Below are positions 24,696 through 44,663 of a DNA stretch of 64,000 nt, piece by piece (position 1 is the first letter of the stretch; each line of letters opens with the position of its first letter). The stretch spans positions 2,046,001 through 2,110,000 of the forward strand of contig CM035358.1 in NCBI GenBank assembly GCA_020137815.1, in the 5' to 3' direction. Source of the DNA: Hormiphora californensis. Taxonomy: Eukaryota > Animalia > Ctenophora. A program made the position numbers and the translations under genes. Below the pieces are notes generated by a model. The model was not told where the DNA came from. It saw only the letters and a program-made list of their open reading frames with translations, and did not search any database.

Positions 24696-25954
24696 ACAGT
24701 GCTATAATGGACTCGAAACCTAGTTCTGGAACCGTTCTGACCAGCGTGATGCCCGACAACTCTTCTCGCTCACAGGAGCGAAGAGTGTTAGAAAGAGTCA
24801 GTGTGATGCCTGACAGTGTACCTAAATGGCGAACACTGATGACCACCTAATTATTCTAGACTAACCCTTAAACTAAGCTTTGAGATTCGTGATACACTGC
24901 AATAGAACTTCAAGTACCGAGCACCGAGCTGTAACCACACACGCGGGGTTGGGAAGGAAGAGTTTCGTATTTTGTTGGCACGATCTCCTCCATTAATCGT
25001 GTTATGTTAATATGATAAGATATGTGCTGGGTGAGGAATGCTGCAGGTAACTCCACCGCCACATCTTATTCAGGCGTGAACTTTAATATGCGAATAATAA
25101 ATATATTAAATTCAACGTGCCCTAAATACTATATAAATGAAGTAGTAGGACTAGTATCTTTATTTTCAAAATGATGTGTCAGTTCTGTTGCCTCTCCTCG
25201 CTTCACTCGTCAGCTTCTGAGCGAAGTGCACGAGAAAGTGTGGGAAGGGTCAGTGTAATGCTTGGCAGTGTGTTATTGACAGTGTGTTATTATGAACAGT
25301 ACGTTAGTTACCTCTTGGTGGGGATGATGGGAGAACCAAACTTCTCTGTCTCTTCAATTCTTTTATTTTTGCTGATTTCTCTTTCTCCAGTCGTTTCTCT
25401 ACTCCCTGCATAAATGTAGCTTTAAATGTAGCTTTGATTTTAACTAATTGCTTTGATTATACTCTCCTGAGTCCTATGTTGTGGTTATCTTCTAAAATCT
25501 AAATCTTGGTGTAATATTGAATTTACAAGCACTATTATCCCTATAAAACATCAACTCCATCTTCCGCCACAACACAATTCCTAACCCAATCTACCTGTAA
25601 ATGTAGATTGCTCATTCGACTTGTGATGGTACACTTCCTCCTCAAGTTTGGACTCACACAATACAGTTTCTCATCCATACTCAGACACTTTCCAAGAACT
25701 CTATTATTTGGACGTGTAACATGATCTGCACGTGCAAGTTGGGTGGGGCACGTGATCGTGCTATAGGAGCGGATCAGGGGTGGCCGGTGGTGGGAGTCCA
25801 ACGGTGGACAGATGGTACTGAGAGACCTCATGGTTCACAATGCAACAAGAAACGAAACGAAATATTGGTACGGATAGCGGGGGAGTAATTTCGATCTAGT
25901 TTTCACTTGAGGCAATCGGAAAAGTCGGGACAAATTGCCTTAAAATTATATTTT

Positions 25955-26037
<83 letters not shown>

Positions 26038-26415
26038 TCTGGTTTGCATCTCACAGGTGGCATTTGGGTGGTGGTAAAAACAAAGTTAACACAACAGTTA
26101 ATGACGTCACACTATGGTAGGAGCTACCTAAGACCCCCCCCCCCCCCCCCAAATACAGTAGATTTCTAACTTAGAGTTCTAAGGAAGAAACTTTACACTT
26201 TAAAATAGTCCTGTATAGGATCTAGAACCCTAAAAGAAAGAAAATGCTTCAGCCTTTCAAATTCAAGCTGCATGGAAGGTGGGTTACCCCCTAGTGGAAA
26301 CTTGTAAAAAGCGGTAAAAATTAGAACTAAGTATTAAATGGTCAAAAGAAGTTTGCTTAATCTTCCAGCACCACTTATATAGGTCTAGAAAAGCTGCTAG
26401 TTGGGGTAAGTAGGT

Positions 26416-27285
26416 TAGTGGGAGACACTAGCGTGGTGCGCGCAAAAAAATGCGCGCCACACAAATTTCGTTTTTCAAAAAACATGCAAGAAAACGTTTT
26501 TCAAGTTCGACTTTTCACGTTTTGGCTCATAACTCCTATTCCTGATAAGATAAAGACTTCAAACCTTCGCCATTCGATGGGGCATGAAATTACCTTTCCA
26601 ACGGTACCCAAACGAACTCTGTAGCTTATCAGGAACCGGAGATATGGCCATTTATCATAATGCCGAAAGGCCATTACGAGGGTTATTATCATAATTGATC
26701 ATATCTCCAGTTCCTGATAAGCTATAGAAATTGTTTGGGTACCGTTGGAAAGGGAATTTCATTGCCCATCAAATGGCGCCGGTTTGAAGTCTTTATCTCA
26801 TCAGAAACATGAGTTATGGGCCAAAACGTGACAAGCCAAAAATCGTGAAAATTTTTCAATATCGACTTTTCACGTTTTGGCACATAACTCCTGTTCCTGA
26901 TGAGATAAAGACTTCAAACCTTCGCCATTCGATGGGGCTTGAAATTCCCTTTCCAACGGTACCCAAACAATTTCTGTAGCTTATCAGGAACCGGAGATAT
27001 GATCAATTATGATAATAACCCTCGTAAGGGCCTTTCGGCATTATGATAAATGGCCATATCTCCGGTTCCTGATAAGCTACAGAGTTCGTTTGGGTACCGT
27101 TGGAAAGGGAATTTCAAGCCCCATCGAATGGCGAAGGTTTGAAGTCTTTATCTTATCAGGAACAGGAGTTATGTGCCAAAACGTGAAAAGTCGATCTTGA
27201 AAAACTTTTTCTTGTGTGTTTTTTGAAAAACGAAATTTGTGTGGCGCACATTTTTTTGCGTGTACCACGCTAGTGTCTCCCACTA
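26416..27285. mobile_element. ~870-bp palindromic (foldback) MITE with internal inverted modules
   Basis: tagtgggagacactagcgtggt...accacgctagtgtctcccacta; mirrored ORFs on both strands. Confidence 0.9.
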
Positions 27286-27686
27286 GGTGGTTACGAAGTT
27301 ACCCCTCCCTTGCCAGCGCGTGAAGGTCGCGAGAGAGAGGTTATTTCGTAACCAAGGTAAGTAGCTTAGACGGTAACAGAATCCAGCCAGTCACAACACA
27401 ATAGTGAGACATCACAGTGTACCACAAACAGCAAAGAGCCGGCAGGTTACTAGCCCCCACCCTGCTGGACTATGAAGGAGTAATTGAATCCGATTAAATT
27501 GGATTCAACCTAATGTCACATGTTGGAAGATTGGGAAAAGGAGAATTAGAACATAGAACGGGAACATGATAGAACAGGATAGAACAGGACAATGACTGCA
27601 ACTGCAATGACTAAGAGGGTGCTGATACGGCTATAATAAAAGAAGAGACAGAGAATATAGAGCTATGATTCATGATATGAAATAGG

Positions 27687-30600
27687 GAATCCCCCCCTAC
27701 ATACAGACCGACACTATACAGAACGACACCATACAGACCGACACCATACCGAATCTGTATGGAGTCGTATATACCCGACAAAACGACGCCATACAGACCA
27801 AATATCTTTCTCAGCCCAGTCTGTATATGGTCGTATTTTTCCGTGATTCCGACGCCATACAGACCAGTGGTATGTTGTACATATAATGCATATTAAGGTA
27901 CAGTGTACACACTAAATAATTTTGAGAACCAAATGAAGCAGTTTCATAATATATGGTAGCTAGTCAAAGTGAATGAATAAATTGGGATCAAGTAGCTAGT
28001 CAAAATGTACAAATAGATTGGGTCTGGGATCAAGTAGCTAATCAGAGTGTATAAATGAATAATTGGGATCAAGTAGGTAGCCGGGGAGTCCCCGGCTAGC
28101 TACTTGATCCGGCGGGGACTAGAAATAAATTGGGTTCTAGTCAGCAAGAGTAGCTAGATGGGGTGTCTAAACATTGAATGGAGGGGGTCTGGTATCCGAC
28201 TTCGATTTCAATGAATAATTGACTCAACTTGGTATATAAATCAAACTCAGGCTTACTACCTGCAGCTATCTGTTTTAAAAACTTTTCTCAATGAGCTTTA
28301 CTGAATTGCTATCCAATATTGATACCGATGGTTTGGGCCAAGACCCATTTGCCGTTGTTCCAAGCTCGCCACAGTCTCTAGGATTTGACCCTCTAGAGGA
28401 CTCCTACATCAGTTTACAGCCGTACCATGCATCAGTTCATTCTAACTTGGAGTCGGACCACATGGATTTTTCTTTGCCTGGCTTTTCTTCTACAGTTCTT
28501 GATCTGGACACAGCAATGATTGGTATGTTCAAACCTACTGCATTCCTACAAGTTGAAATTGAAACATTTTTGATATATGCTTCAAATTTTATTGCCAACT
28601 TGTTATTAATATTGTAAACTTTTTCAGTAACAGAAGCAGATATTGATATAAATGACAGTGAACCCCGCATTGATGATAGTGTTGCAGCGAGCAGTACTTC
28701 AACATCAGAGACCCAAGAATGTAAGTTGCACTGCCTCAATGATGTCTTTAGATAGAGGGAGAGAGAAGTATTTCTCAGTTACCGTATGTGTGCTGCGTGT
28801 ACTGCAGTGTAGTTCGGACACCCGAAGCGGGTTTCCGTGATTCAAACTAAATTATTTGGAGAGCCTTAGCGTGATAGAAGCCCCTAATAAGGGGGAGATA
28901 GCGAGTAAAGCCCCATTACCCAAGTTCGAAGTTATAGGCGTGACCAACAGAATTAATGTTTGTTTATAGTAGATTAGAATAGTAGATAAGAATGTTATGT
29001 GGCAAACATGAATGTTTTTAGTTTTTACATGCACATAACTTAATAAAACTGCTAAAGTTATTGCCAGGCAAGTGTTTGCAGAAATTAGGGGAATGTTATA
29101 ATACACCTTGTCTTGATCATCTAAATCTCTTTTTGGTTTTTCTAACACACACCATTTATTTGACAGGTTGAAGGAAGGAGCAGCTACCCAAACAGCCACG
29201 TCCCAAATTGTTACCAGCGCCCTGAAGGGAGTTTCGGACCGGTGCCAGGGCGACCACCTAGCCACGTTTGACTCCCTTTCTCGAAATGTCCAGCGACGAA
29301 GGAAGAAACTTCACGCACCGCCACCAGCTCCTAACACAGCTAGGGAGACTGTCATCCCCCCAGAGTTCCAACTAGATTCCAACGGAAACAGATTCCTGCT
29401 TTCTGACTCATATACCCGCTCTGGAAAACGGGTGGTAGTTTTCGCTACTGACAAGAACCTGACTCAGCTGGAGAACTCCACGATAACATTCCTGGATGGA
29501 ACCTTCGCCACCGCTCCTGCCGGCTGGTATCAAGTCTTCATCATCAGGATTTACTTGGCAGACACCAAGGACCACATCCCGGTTGCCTTTTGCCTGTTGG
29601 AGAACAAGACGAAGGATTCCTACAAGGCGGCCCTCAACTGCCTAAAAGAAGCAGCTCCAGAATGGGGACCAGTGGGGTTCCTCTCCGATTACGAGACAGC
29701 GATCATCAGAGCAGTAGAGGATCTCTTCCCTGACAGCTGGATGCAGGGATGTAACTTCCATCTGGATCAGGCCCTCCTGAAACATATGAAGAATGTGCCA
29801 GGATTTTTCACCAAACAGGATCTTCAGGAGATGCTGTATCATCTATTCGGTATGGCGTTTCTTCCGACTGACGAGGTATCTGATGCATGGAACGACTACA
29901 AGCACCTACTTTTCGCAACTTTTCCTGAATCGGAAGACTTTTGTGAGTACGTTGAGTCAACCTGGGTTGACGGTAGGTACACGTGTAAACAGTGGAACTG
30001 CTATGAGTATGACAGAACCCTGGCCGGACAGCCCAGAACGAACAATGTTTCAGAAGGAGGAAACAATGGACTTAGATTAGCTATGGGGTGTGCAAAGCCC
30101 GTGATTTGGAAGTTTATTGAAACAATTCGTAATGTGCAGATTAAAAGTGATATTAAGATCAACCAGTTTATGTCTGGGGGATCTAATGTGTCCAAAAAGA
30201 AGAAGAGTGAGGTCAAGAGACAGGAGATGATAAGTAGGCAAGTTAGAGATTACCGTTTTGTTGACCGAGAACAGCGACTAGGATTTGTCAGGAAAATGAG
30301 TCATTTCTCTAGTACGCAAAAGAAGCGAGGTTAATATAAATCAGGATTGAGTAATGAGTGCTGTGTTTTTAAAATTAGTATTAAGCGAAATTAGTTTCAT
30401 ACGGAATTTATCAGTATTTTTGTGAGTTAATCGATTGCCCTTACAAAGTTATTTCATTGCTACTGGCATAGAAAATCAAACAATAAACTGTTTTCTTTGT
30501 TTCCCAAACAAACCAAAATTATTTAGTGTGTACACTGTACCTTAATATGCATTATATGTACAACATACCACTGGTCTGTATGGCGTCGGAATCACGGAAA

Positions 30601-30751
30601 AATACGACCATATGCAGACTGGGCTGAGAAAGATATTTGGTCTGTATGGCGTCGTTTTGTCGGGTATATACGACTCCATACAGATTCGGTATGGTGTCGG
30701 TCTGTATGGTGTCGTTCTGTATAGTGTCGGTCTGTATGTAGGGGGGTTACC
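27687..30751 (+). mobile_element. Mutator-like (MULE) DNA transposon, full length
   Basis: ~235-bp near-identical TIRs (27691-27922 and ~30515-30746); 9-bp TSD tgaaatagg at 27678-27686 and 30752-30760. Confidence 0.95.
29168..30334 (+). CDS. MULE DDE transposase, main exon; probable upstream exons 28291-28522 and 28629-28720
   Basis: FLDGTF, LSDYE, GCNFHLDQA and RTNNVSEGGN motifs in an open 388-codon frame. Confidence 0.93.
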   Translation: MKEGAATQTATSQIVTSALKGVSDRCQGDHLATFDSLSRNVQRRRKKLHAPPPAPNTARETVIPPEFQLDSNGNRFLLSDSYTRSGKRVVVFATDKNLTQLENSTITFLDGTFATAPAGWYQVFIIRIYLADTKDHIPVAFCLLENKTKDSYKAALNCLKEAAPEWGPVGFLSDYETAIIRAVEDLFPDSWMQGCNFHLDQALLKHMKNVPGFFTKQDLQEMLYHLFGMAFLPTDEVSDAWNDYKHLLFATFPESEDFCEYVESTWVDGRYTCKQWNCYEYDRTLAGQPRTNNVSEGGNNGLRLAMGCAKPVIWKFIETIRNVQIKSDIKINQFMSGGSNVSKKKKSEVKRQEMISRQVRDYRFVDREQRLGFVRKMSHFSSTQKKRG

Positions 30752-32931
30752 TGAAATAGGATGTTAGCAGATCTCTAGTGGTGTCTGGATTCAGCAGTCA
30801 TTTCTCACTGCTGGCTGCTGCAGCAGGGGTTTAATATTCACTATCGAGTAGGGAGTAAACCCCCTGCACAACAAATGTTCAGTCATTAAATTTGCAATAA
30901 ATATACATAGTTTGTAGCAGGAACATAACATATACTTGAAATAAGTTGAGCAGTTAAAACGATAGAAGGAGAGACTAAGGATCTATTCCGATGTGTCAAG
31001 GGGACCCTGAAGGAATGAGGGGGTTGGGTAATAAGAGTTTTCTGTCACCATACAGCTGGCGTTATAGCACGGCACCGGCAGATGGAGCGACGGGGAGAGG
31101 GAGAGAGATGGGATGATAGAAATGATGAGCGGGGCTGGGTTGTTGTAACAGCGTGATGACAATTATAATTGCTCCGAGCCCCATGTACTCACTTACTACA
31201 TAATAAATTCAAGATTCAAGTATTCAGACATAATATTACAGAACAGGTTGGGAACTGGCAAATTAGGAAATCTATCCTTGGGGGTAGACTGGGGGGGGGG
31301 GCATTTTTATTGCCCCACACGGTAAGTAGGTATCTGGATAACGTAACAGCGAAGTAGATCAGGTGTGGGTGTCGTCCTATTACTCACTGTGGCTGACCAT
31401 GTCGTAATCAATGTATTTACCGACCATGATAGAGAGGGTTACAACCCAGTAACTACCCCCATCCCTTGGCTAGTTGCCAGCTTTAGTTCCCATGACAACT
31501 GCATTGTTGGAAATTCTATGAAGTGACACGGTGAAGATAGAGATAGATATACGGTGAAGCTAAATACCAAAGGAATATTTTAAATGCGGTCTTGATCATT
31601 TTCATTAGATTCCCGGTATACCGGTTGCCCTTTTCTTGAAGACTTTGCACATATTGAAAGGTGGTCCTTGGAGTAAACATTACTGGTGAACAGCAAGAGC
31701 TAGGTTCCTACTCTTTTGTCAGTTTGGCAAAGCAAACAACTTTCTGTGTCTCTCTCTCTCTCTGTGAGCCTTTTTGTCCTTCTTTTCATAAAGTGGCGGA
31801 ATTGACAGCGACTCATTAGGTGTTTGCTATGGAGGTTGTCGAGACTGGGTCTTGTGAGTACAATACAACTCATCAATTGTCTCGTGAGTACAACTCATTA
31901 GTTGATGATCTAGGGCACCACACAATGGCCCAAAACAATAAGTATATCACCTGTACGGCCCTTAAATAGAGCTTCATCTCTCTCACTTCACCTTCGAAAC
32001 TCTAGTTTGTACCTCTTGATAGATTTACCAGATCGGTAAGTGGTGTACCATAGATCAGATGACACAGGAAGGGAGAGAGAGAGAGAGCTGGAAAAGAGCC
32101 AAAATCCACCACGACTCTACACCTGCTTCATCTTTACTTCCATATAATTGCTGTTGTTTTTTCCTAGAAAAACTCCTCCAGAAATAAATTCATGGCCTCG
32201 TGGTGTTTCAAATGTATTTATAGTTTCAAGTCGGATCCTATGTGATAGGCCCGAGGTTGTTTTCTTTCCTCGGCCTCATCAATATCATCTCATCATAATT
32301 ATTCCTACGACAGGCCTTTCCATATTTTCATTCTTTTAACTACTCATTCTGAAATTTCAAGATGAGAAAAATTATTTTCTCAATAACCCGGCGATTCTTT
32401 TTATTCCATCACATTTAAATTCAGTGCATCCGCTCTCAACTCTAGAAACCAGAGACTCAGCCCAATTTCAAATCGATTAGGCTGGCAGTTCATACAAATA
32501 GCTCCAGTCATTGATGTTGTTGGGCCTCTCATCTCCGCTGCGCTGGTTTACAGAAAGTAAGAGGTTTAGTTCCTGGATGATATGATATTCTTGAATGCAT
32601 TTGAATTAGTTTTTTTAAATCAAAGAGTAAGCTGATATGTATCTAGAAATCTATTTTGTGAGCCAGATGACTTTCAGTTCCTGTATAAGTAATTAGGTTT
32701 TCTTCTGGGCCACAGATCTAATTTTTAAACCAATTTGTTTCTCCCCAGTTCCCACCAACTTGAACTACTAAGTTGAATTTCAGTGACACAGTGTCAAAAC
32801 TAGCTTATGTGACCTCTTACTCCAGTGCTTAGTCGGATAACTACTACGCAATTCCTGGGAAAATGTAGCGCCGCAGTGGGTCCACATTTTGCCGGACTAG
32901 CTAACAAGCTTTATATCCCTCTTTTCCTCTA

Positions 32932-32980
<49 letters not shown>

Positions 32981-33019
32981 CTCTCTCCTCTCTCTCTCTC
33001 TCTCGCTCTCTCCTCTCTC

Positions 33020-33055
<36 letters not shown>

Positions 33056-33323
33056 AGCCTCCTCTCCTCTCACCCCCCCTCGCTCTCGTCTCTCTCTCTC
33101 TCCCTGCCTCTCTTCTCTCATCTCTCTCTCTCCTCGTCTCCTCTCTCTCCGTCTCTCTCGGGGTGTGGCGTTGGGTGGTGCTCATCTCTCTCCTCTCTCT
33201 CTGGGTCTGCTCTCTCCTTCTCTCTCTATTCTCTCTCTCTCTCTCTCTCTGTCTCGGCATGTGTCTTGTGGCCCACGCAAACCGGCAAACCCCCGCATCG
33301 TGTGCAAGCTGCAGAGAGAGAAA

Positions 33324-33442
<119 letters not shown>

Positions 33443-34232
33443 AAGAGAGAGAGAAAGAGAGAGCTAAAAGCAAGTGAATCCTATAACTAAGCGTTATAAG
33501 CGTTCGTTGTGTGAGGCAACGTGTTTTGGTAATTAGGCTTGTTTTGCTGTCCAGTGTCATTGATCCGTTGTTTACTTCTTTTCTTGGTCGTGTACTGTAG
33601 TTTGAAAGTCTGTACTCCATCAATAGTAGAGTGTGTATACCTGCAGCACAGCAGAACTGTAGCAGTGCTACTAGCACACAGTATATTGGTAGTGTGTCTG
33701 CACTTCCAATAGCTGTGACCTAGAATTGTACTTGTACGGGTGCTTGATATTAATAAGCACCCGTACAACCTACACTGCTTATTTGCTCAGTATCTTACTG
33801 ATCTACCTCTCCATCTTTCTATATCCGAACTGGAACATTGTTGTACTTCCCTTTTAAGTTTCTTAGCTCTTTTTTAGTTTTCATCAACTCAAAGTTCAAA
33901 CAGACACGTCATGTCAATCACACAATTCCCATGACTCAAAATAAAATGGCTATTACACCTGTAATTACTGCGTTGATGATTACTAATTACTCGTGTGTGT
34001 TGTTTGCGATGTAGCTGCAGCAGTATATCGTAATTTAACAGATGTACAATTGAGAGTTGCCTTGCTATTATAACTCAGTGCTTATAACACTGCATTATAT
34101 GCTGCTACTCCTGATAGGTGCATACACCACCAATATTATAAATTACTATCCTCATCTATACTATCTCTCTGCATTAGCATAGCAATTTTGCCACCACACT
34201 TATCATAGTCATACTCATTTTTTAGTTGTACT

Positions 34233-35096
34233 AATAAAAATGCCCCCCCAAGTCTACCATAGTTCCAGATTTCGTGGAGCTTTAAAATTTGGTACAGTAA
34301 CTCTATGAGACAAATAAATAACTTGACCAAAATTTCAGACCTCTAGCTCAAAATTCATTTTTTTTGATCGGAATGAACATTGTCATTCATTCCAGAAAAA
34401 AATATTTTCCGGTCCAAAATTTAATAAATTATGTTTGGCTATCGATTAGCTTTCCAATGTGACCAAGATCAGTTAAATTGGACAACCACAAGAGACAAAG
34501 TGCCATGTTTCTTAAAGTTAGTCAGGTCATGTGATCCTCACCGAATCATGGAGAGATTCGGTATTGCTAATCAGGCCAAGGGGCAGAGGAATCTTGTATC
34601 ACGGCCGCTAATGAGGTATGTGTACCAATACAGGGTGATGTGATTCGAGGAAAGATTACATTTATCAAAGAGCTACAGATCTCATGACCAATCAGCATCG
34701 TCATCCCTCATTAGCAGCCGTGATACGTGATTCTTTACCACTTAGACCGATTCGTAATACTGAACACTCAACAATTCGGCGAGGATTACATGACCTGACT
34801 AACTTTAAGAAACATGACACTGTGTCTCTTGTGGTTGTCCAATTTAACTGATCTTGGTCACATTGGAAAGCTAATCGATAGCCAAACATAATTGGCTAAA
34901 TTTTGGACCGGAAAATATTTTTTCTGGAATGAATGACAATGTTCATTCCGATCAGAAAAATGAATTTTGAGCTAGAGGTCTGAAATTTTGGTCAAGTTAT
35001 TTATTTGTCTCATAGAGTTACTGTACCAAATTTTAGAACTCCACGATATCTGGAACTATGGTAGTTTTGGGGGGGCATTTTTATTGCCCCACACGG
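34233..35096. mobile_element. ~865-bp palindromic MITE, left end truncated
   Basis: Long inverted arms (mirrored ORFs 34431+ and 34701-); same TIR family as 17219-17426. Confidence 0.88.
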
Positions 35097-35250
35097 TATA
35101 TAAGTATGTATACACTGTTAGTGTGCATCTCAATCAGTTTGGGTGATTTGATCAGTGATAAATATTAATAGCTCTCAAATCACTCTGTTGTTGTTTTCTA
35201 CAATCCAGTTAATAAATCGCTATCTCTACCAGTGATTTGTAGAACCAGAC

Positions 35251-43068
<7,818 letters not shown>

Positions 43069-44163
43069 ATTATGTGAATATGTCAGTGAAATATGTGTAG
43101 AGACTTTGTGCAAAGTAAATTATTATGTTACAACTATTAATATAAAGTATGCTCATGCTAATTCAAACATTCGAAATCGATTTGTTTTAGTTTTCTGTAA
43201 AGGAGTTTTAGAACATAATGTTATGTTCTAACCCTCGTCTCTCCTTTAGAGCTGCATTGTAGGGGAGACTTGACCCATATGGTACATTTGCCCAAATGGA
43301 TTTTTTCGCTGGGGAGCCCAATATGCGACCATTCCATTTGACCAAAACTTACTATACAATTTTGGCAAAGTTATGTCATTTGAGAGATTTCAATGTCCTC
43401 TTTCTAATGAGCCAAAGATTTTGCAAATTGGTCAAGAAATGGCTGAGTTATGGGCAAAAACGTGCGAAATTCTCACAGATCTGGTTAACATTTACCGCCC
43501 ACCGTACATGGAGAACCTTTCTGTCGCCGACAGTGCGGCTCAGATCGGGTCGGCGACGCCAGATCGGGTCGAACCGGAATGGTTGCTATTCCCAGATATT
43601 TACGCCGCGCAATAGCACTGCTGAAAAGTTGTGTTTCTTATTGTTTGTGTCAGTGCGCGTTACAATGTCGTGTCACGTGATGCGACAATGTGTGACACTG
43701 TGCCAGGAAGATACGAAAACACGTACATCGATATCCCAGCAGAACCTCTACTGAGCCCCTAGCCCTAATGGCTAATTATCAGCCAATATACCGATTGGGG
43801 GGAGGGGGGTTAAAAGGGAACTATAGAACTTATGCCCCAGCTAACGCGACAGAGGTGCAGGTACTGCAGCCTACAGGAAGGCCGGAGGACTCTCCTTTTT
43901 TGTGAGGATTTCGGTCTGGAAGCGTCAGGAATCCCAGGTCAGGAACCTGGTACCGAGATTCAGTTTGTAACTGGACTCTTACATATGCAAGATTATTCCA
44001 ACCTCATATTTAATTCGAGGTAAGAGGGGTTTAACTATACGAGTATATTGTAGTGGGCAGTTCTCGAGATGTAACCTGTTTATTAAACAGTATAGCCACT
44101 GTAGGTATATCAATGAATGAGATCTGTTCAGGATTAAATAGGGAGGAAAATTAGAAAAATATC

Positions 44164-44227
44164 TGGCGAGGGCCGGGCTCGAACCGACAACCTCTGGGTT
44201 TCGCGTCCATTGCTCTACCTATTGAAC
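44164..44227 (-). pseudogene. tRNA-like fragment / tRNA-derived SINE head
   Basis: Minus strand gttcaataggtagagc...ggttcgagcccggccctcgcca with A-box-like and B-box motifs; 5' acceptor strand missing; ccactgtaggtatatcaat repeated at 44096 and 44295. Confidence 0.6.
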
Positions 44228-44594
44228 AGTAGGGCGAGTATGTGTGAGAGATAAAGTGAGATTAGCAGCCAGAGAAAATATTAAAAATCTTGTTCCACTG
44301 TAGGTATATCAATACAGTCGGACCCCGATTTACCGGGATGTTCGGAAGAAAGGGTCTTGCCCGGTAAATCGGGGTCCGACGTATAAGAATAAGGAAACAA
44401 ACTACAATTCGTTTTAAGGAGAATAAATAGGAAAATAAGATTTGTTAAAAGCTATCTACAAATAAACAATTTCTACAAATAAATAGCAACTAATCACTAA
44501 AATAAGTTAATGGGAAGTCTCGTGAAACATGCACAGTCCTTTTACCGATAACAGTCTTAATCTCTGTCTTATTACAGTAGTCTTCTTAGCGATA

Positions 44595-44658
<64 letters not shown>

Positions 44659-44663
44659 TCTGT

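Noticed and set aside
26418-27283. Mirror-image ORF pairs on opposite strands (also 20342-20689 and 34431-34889)
   Set aside because: Consequence of palindromic MITEs, not genes
32006-32777. Small plus-strand exons (32023-32035, 32502-32556, 32749-32776)
   Set aside because: Phases are compatible but no start exon or recognisable homology; too weak to call
44164-44227. Functional tRNA gene
   Set aside because: 5' acceptor strand is absent and the anticodon arm is imperfect; better explained as a SINE head or pseudogene
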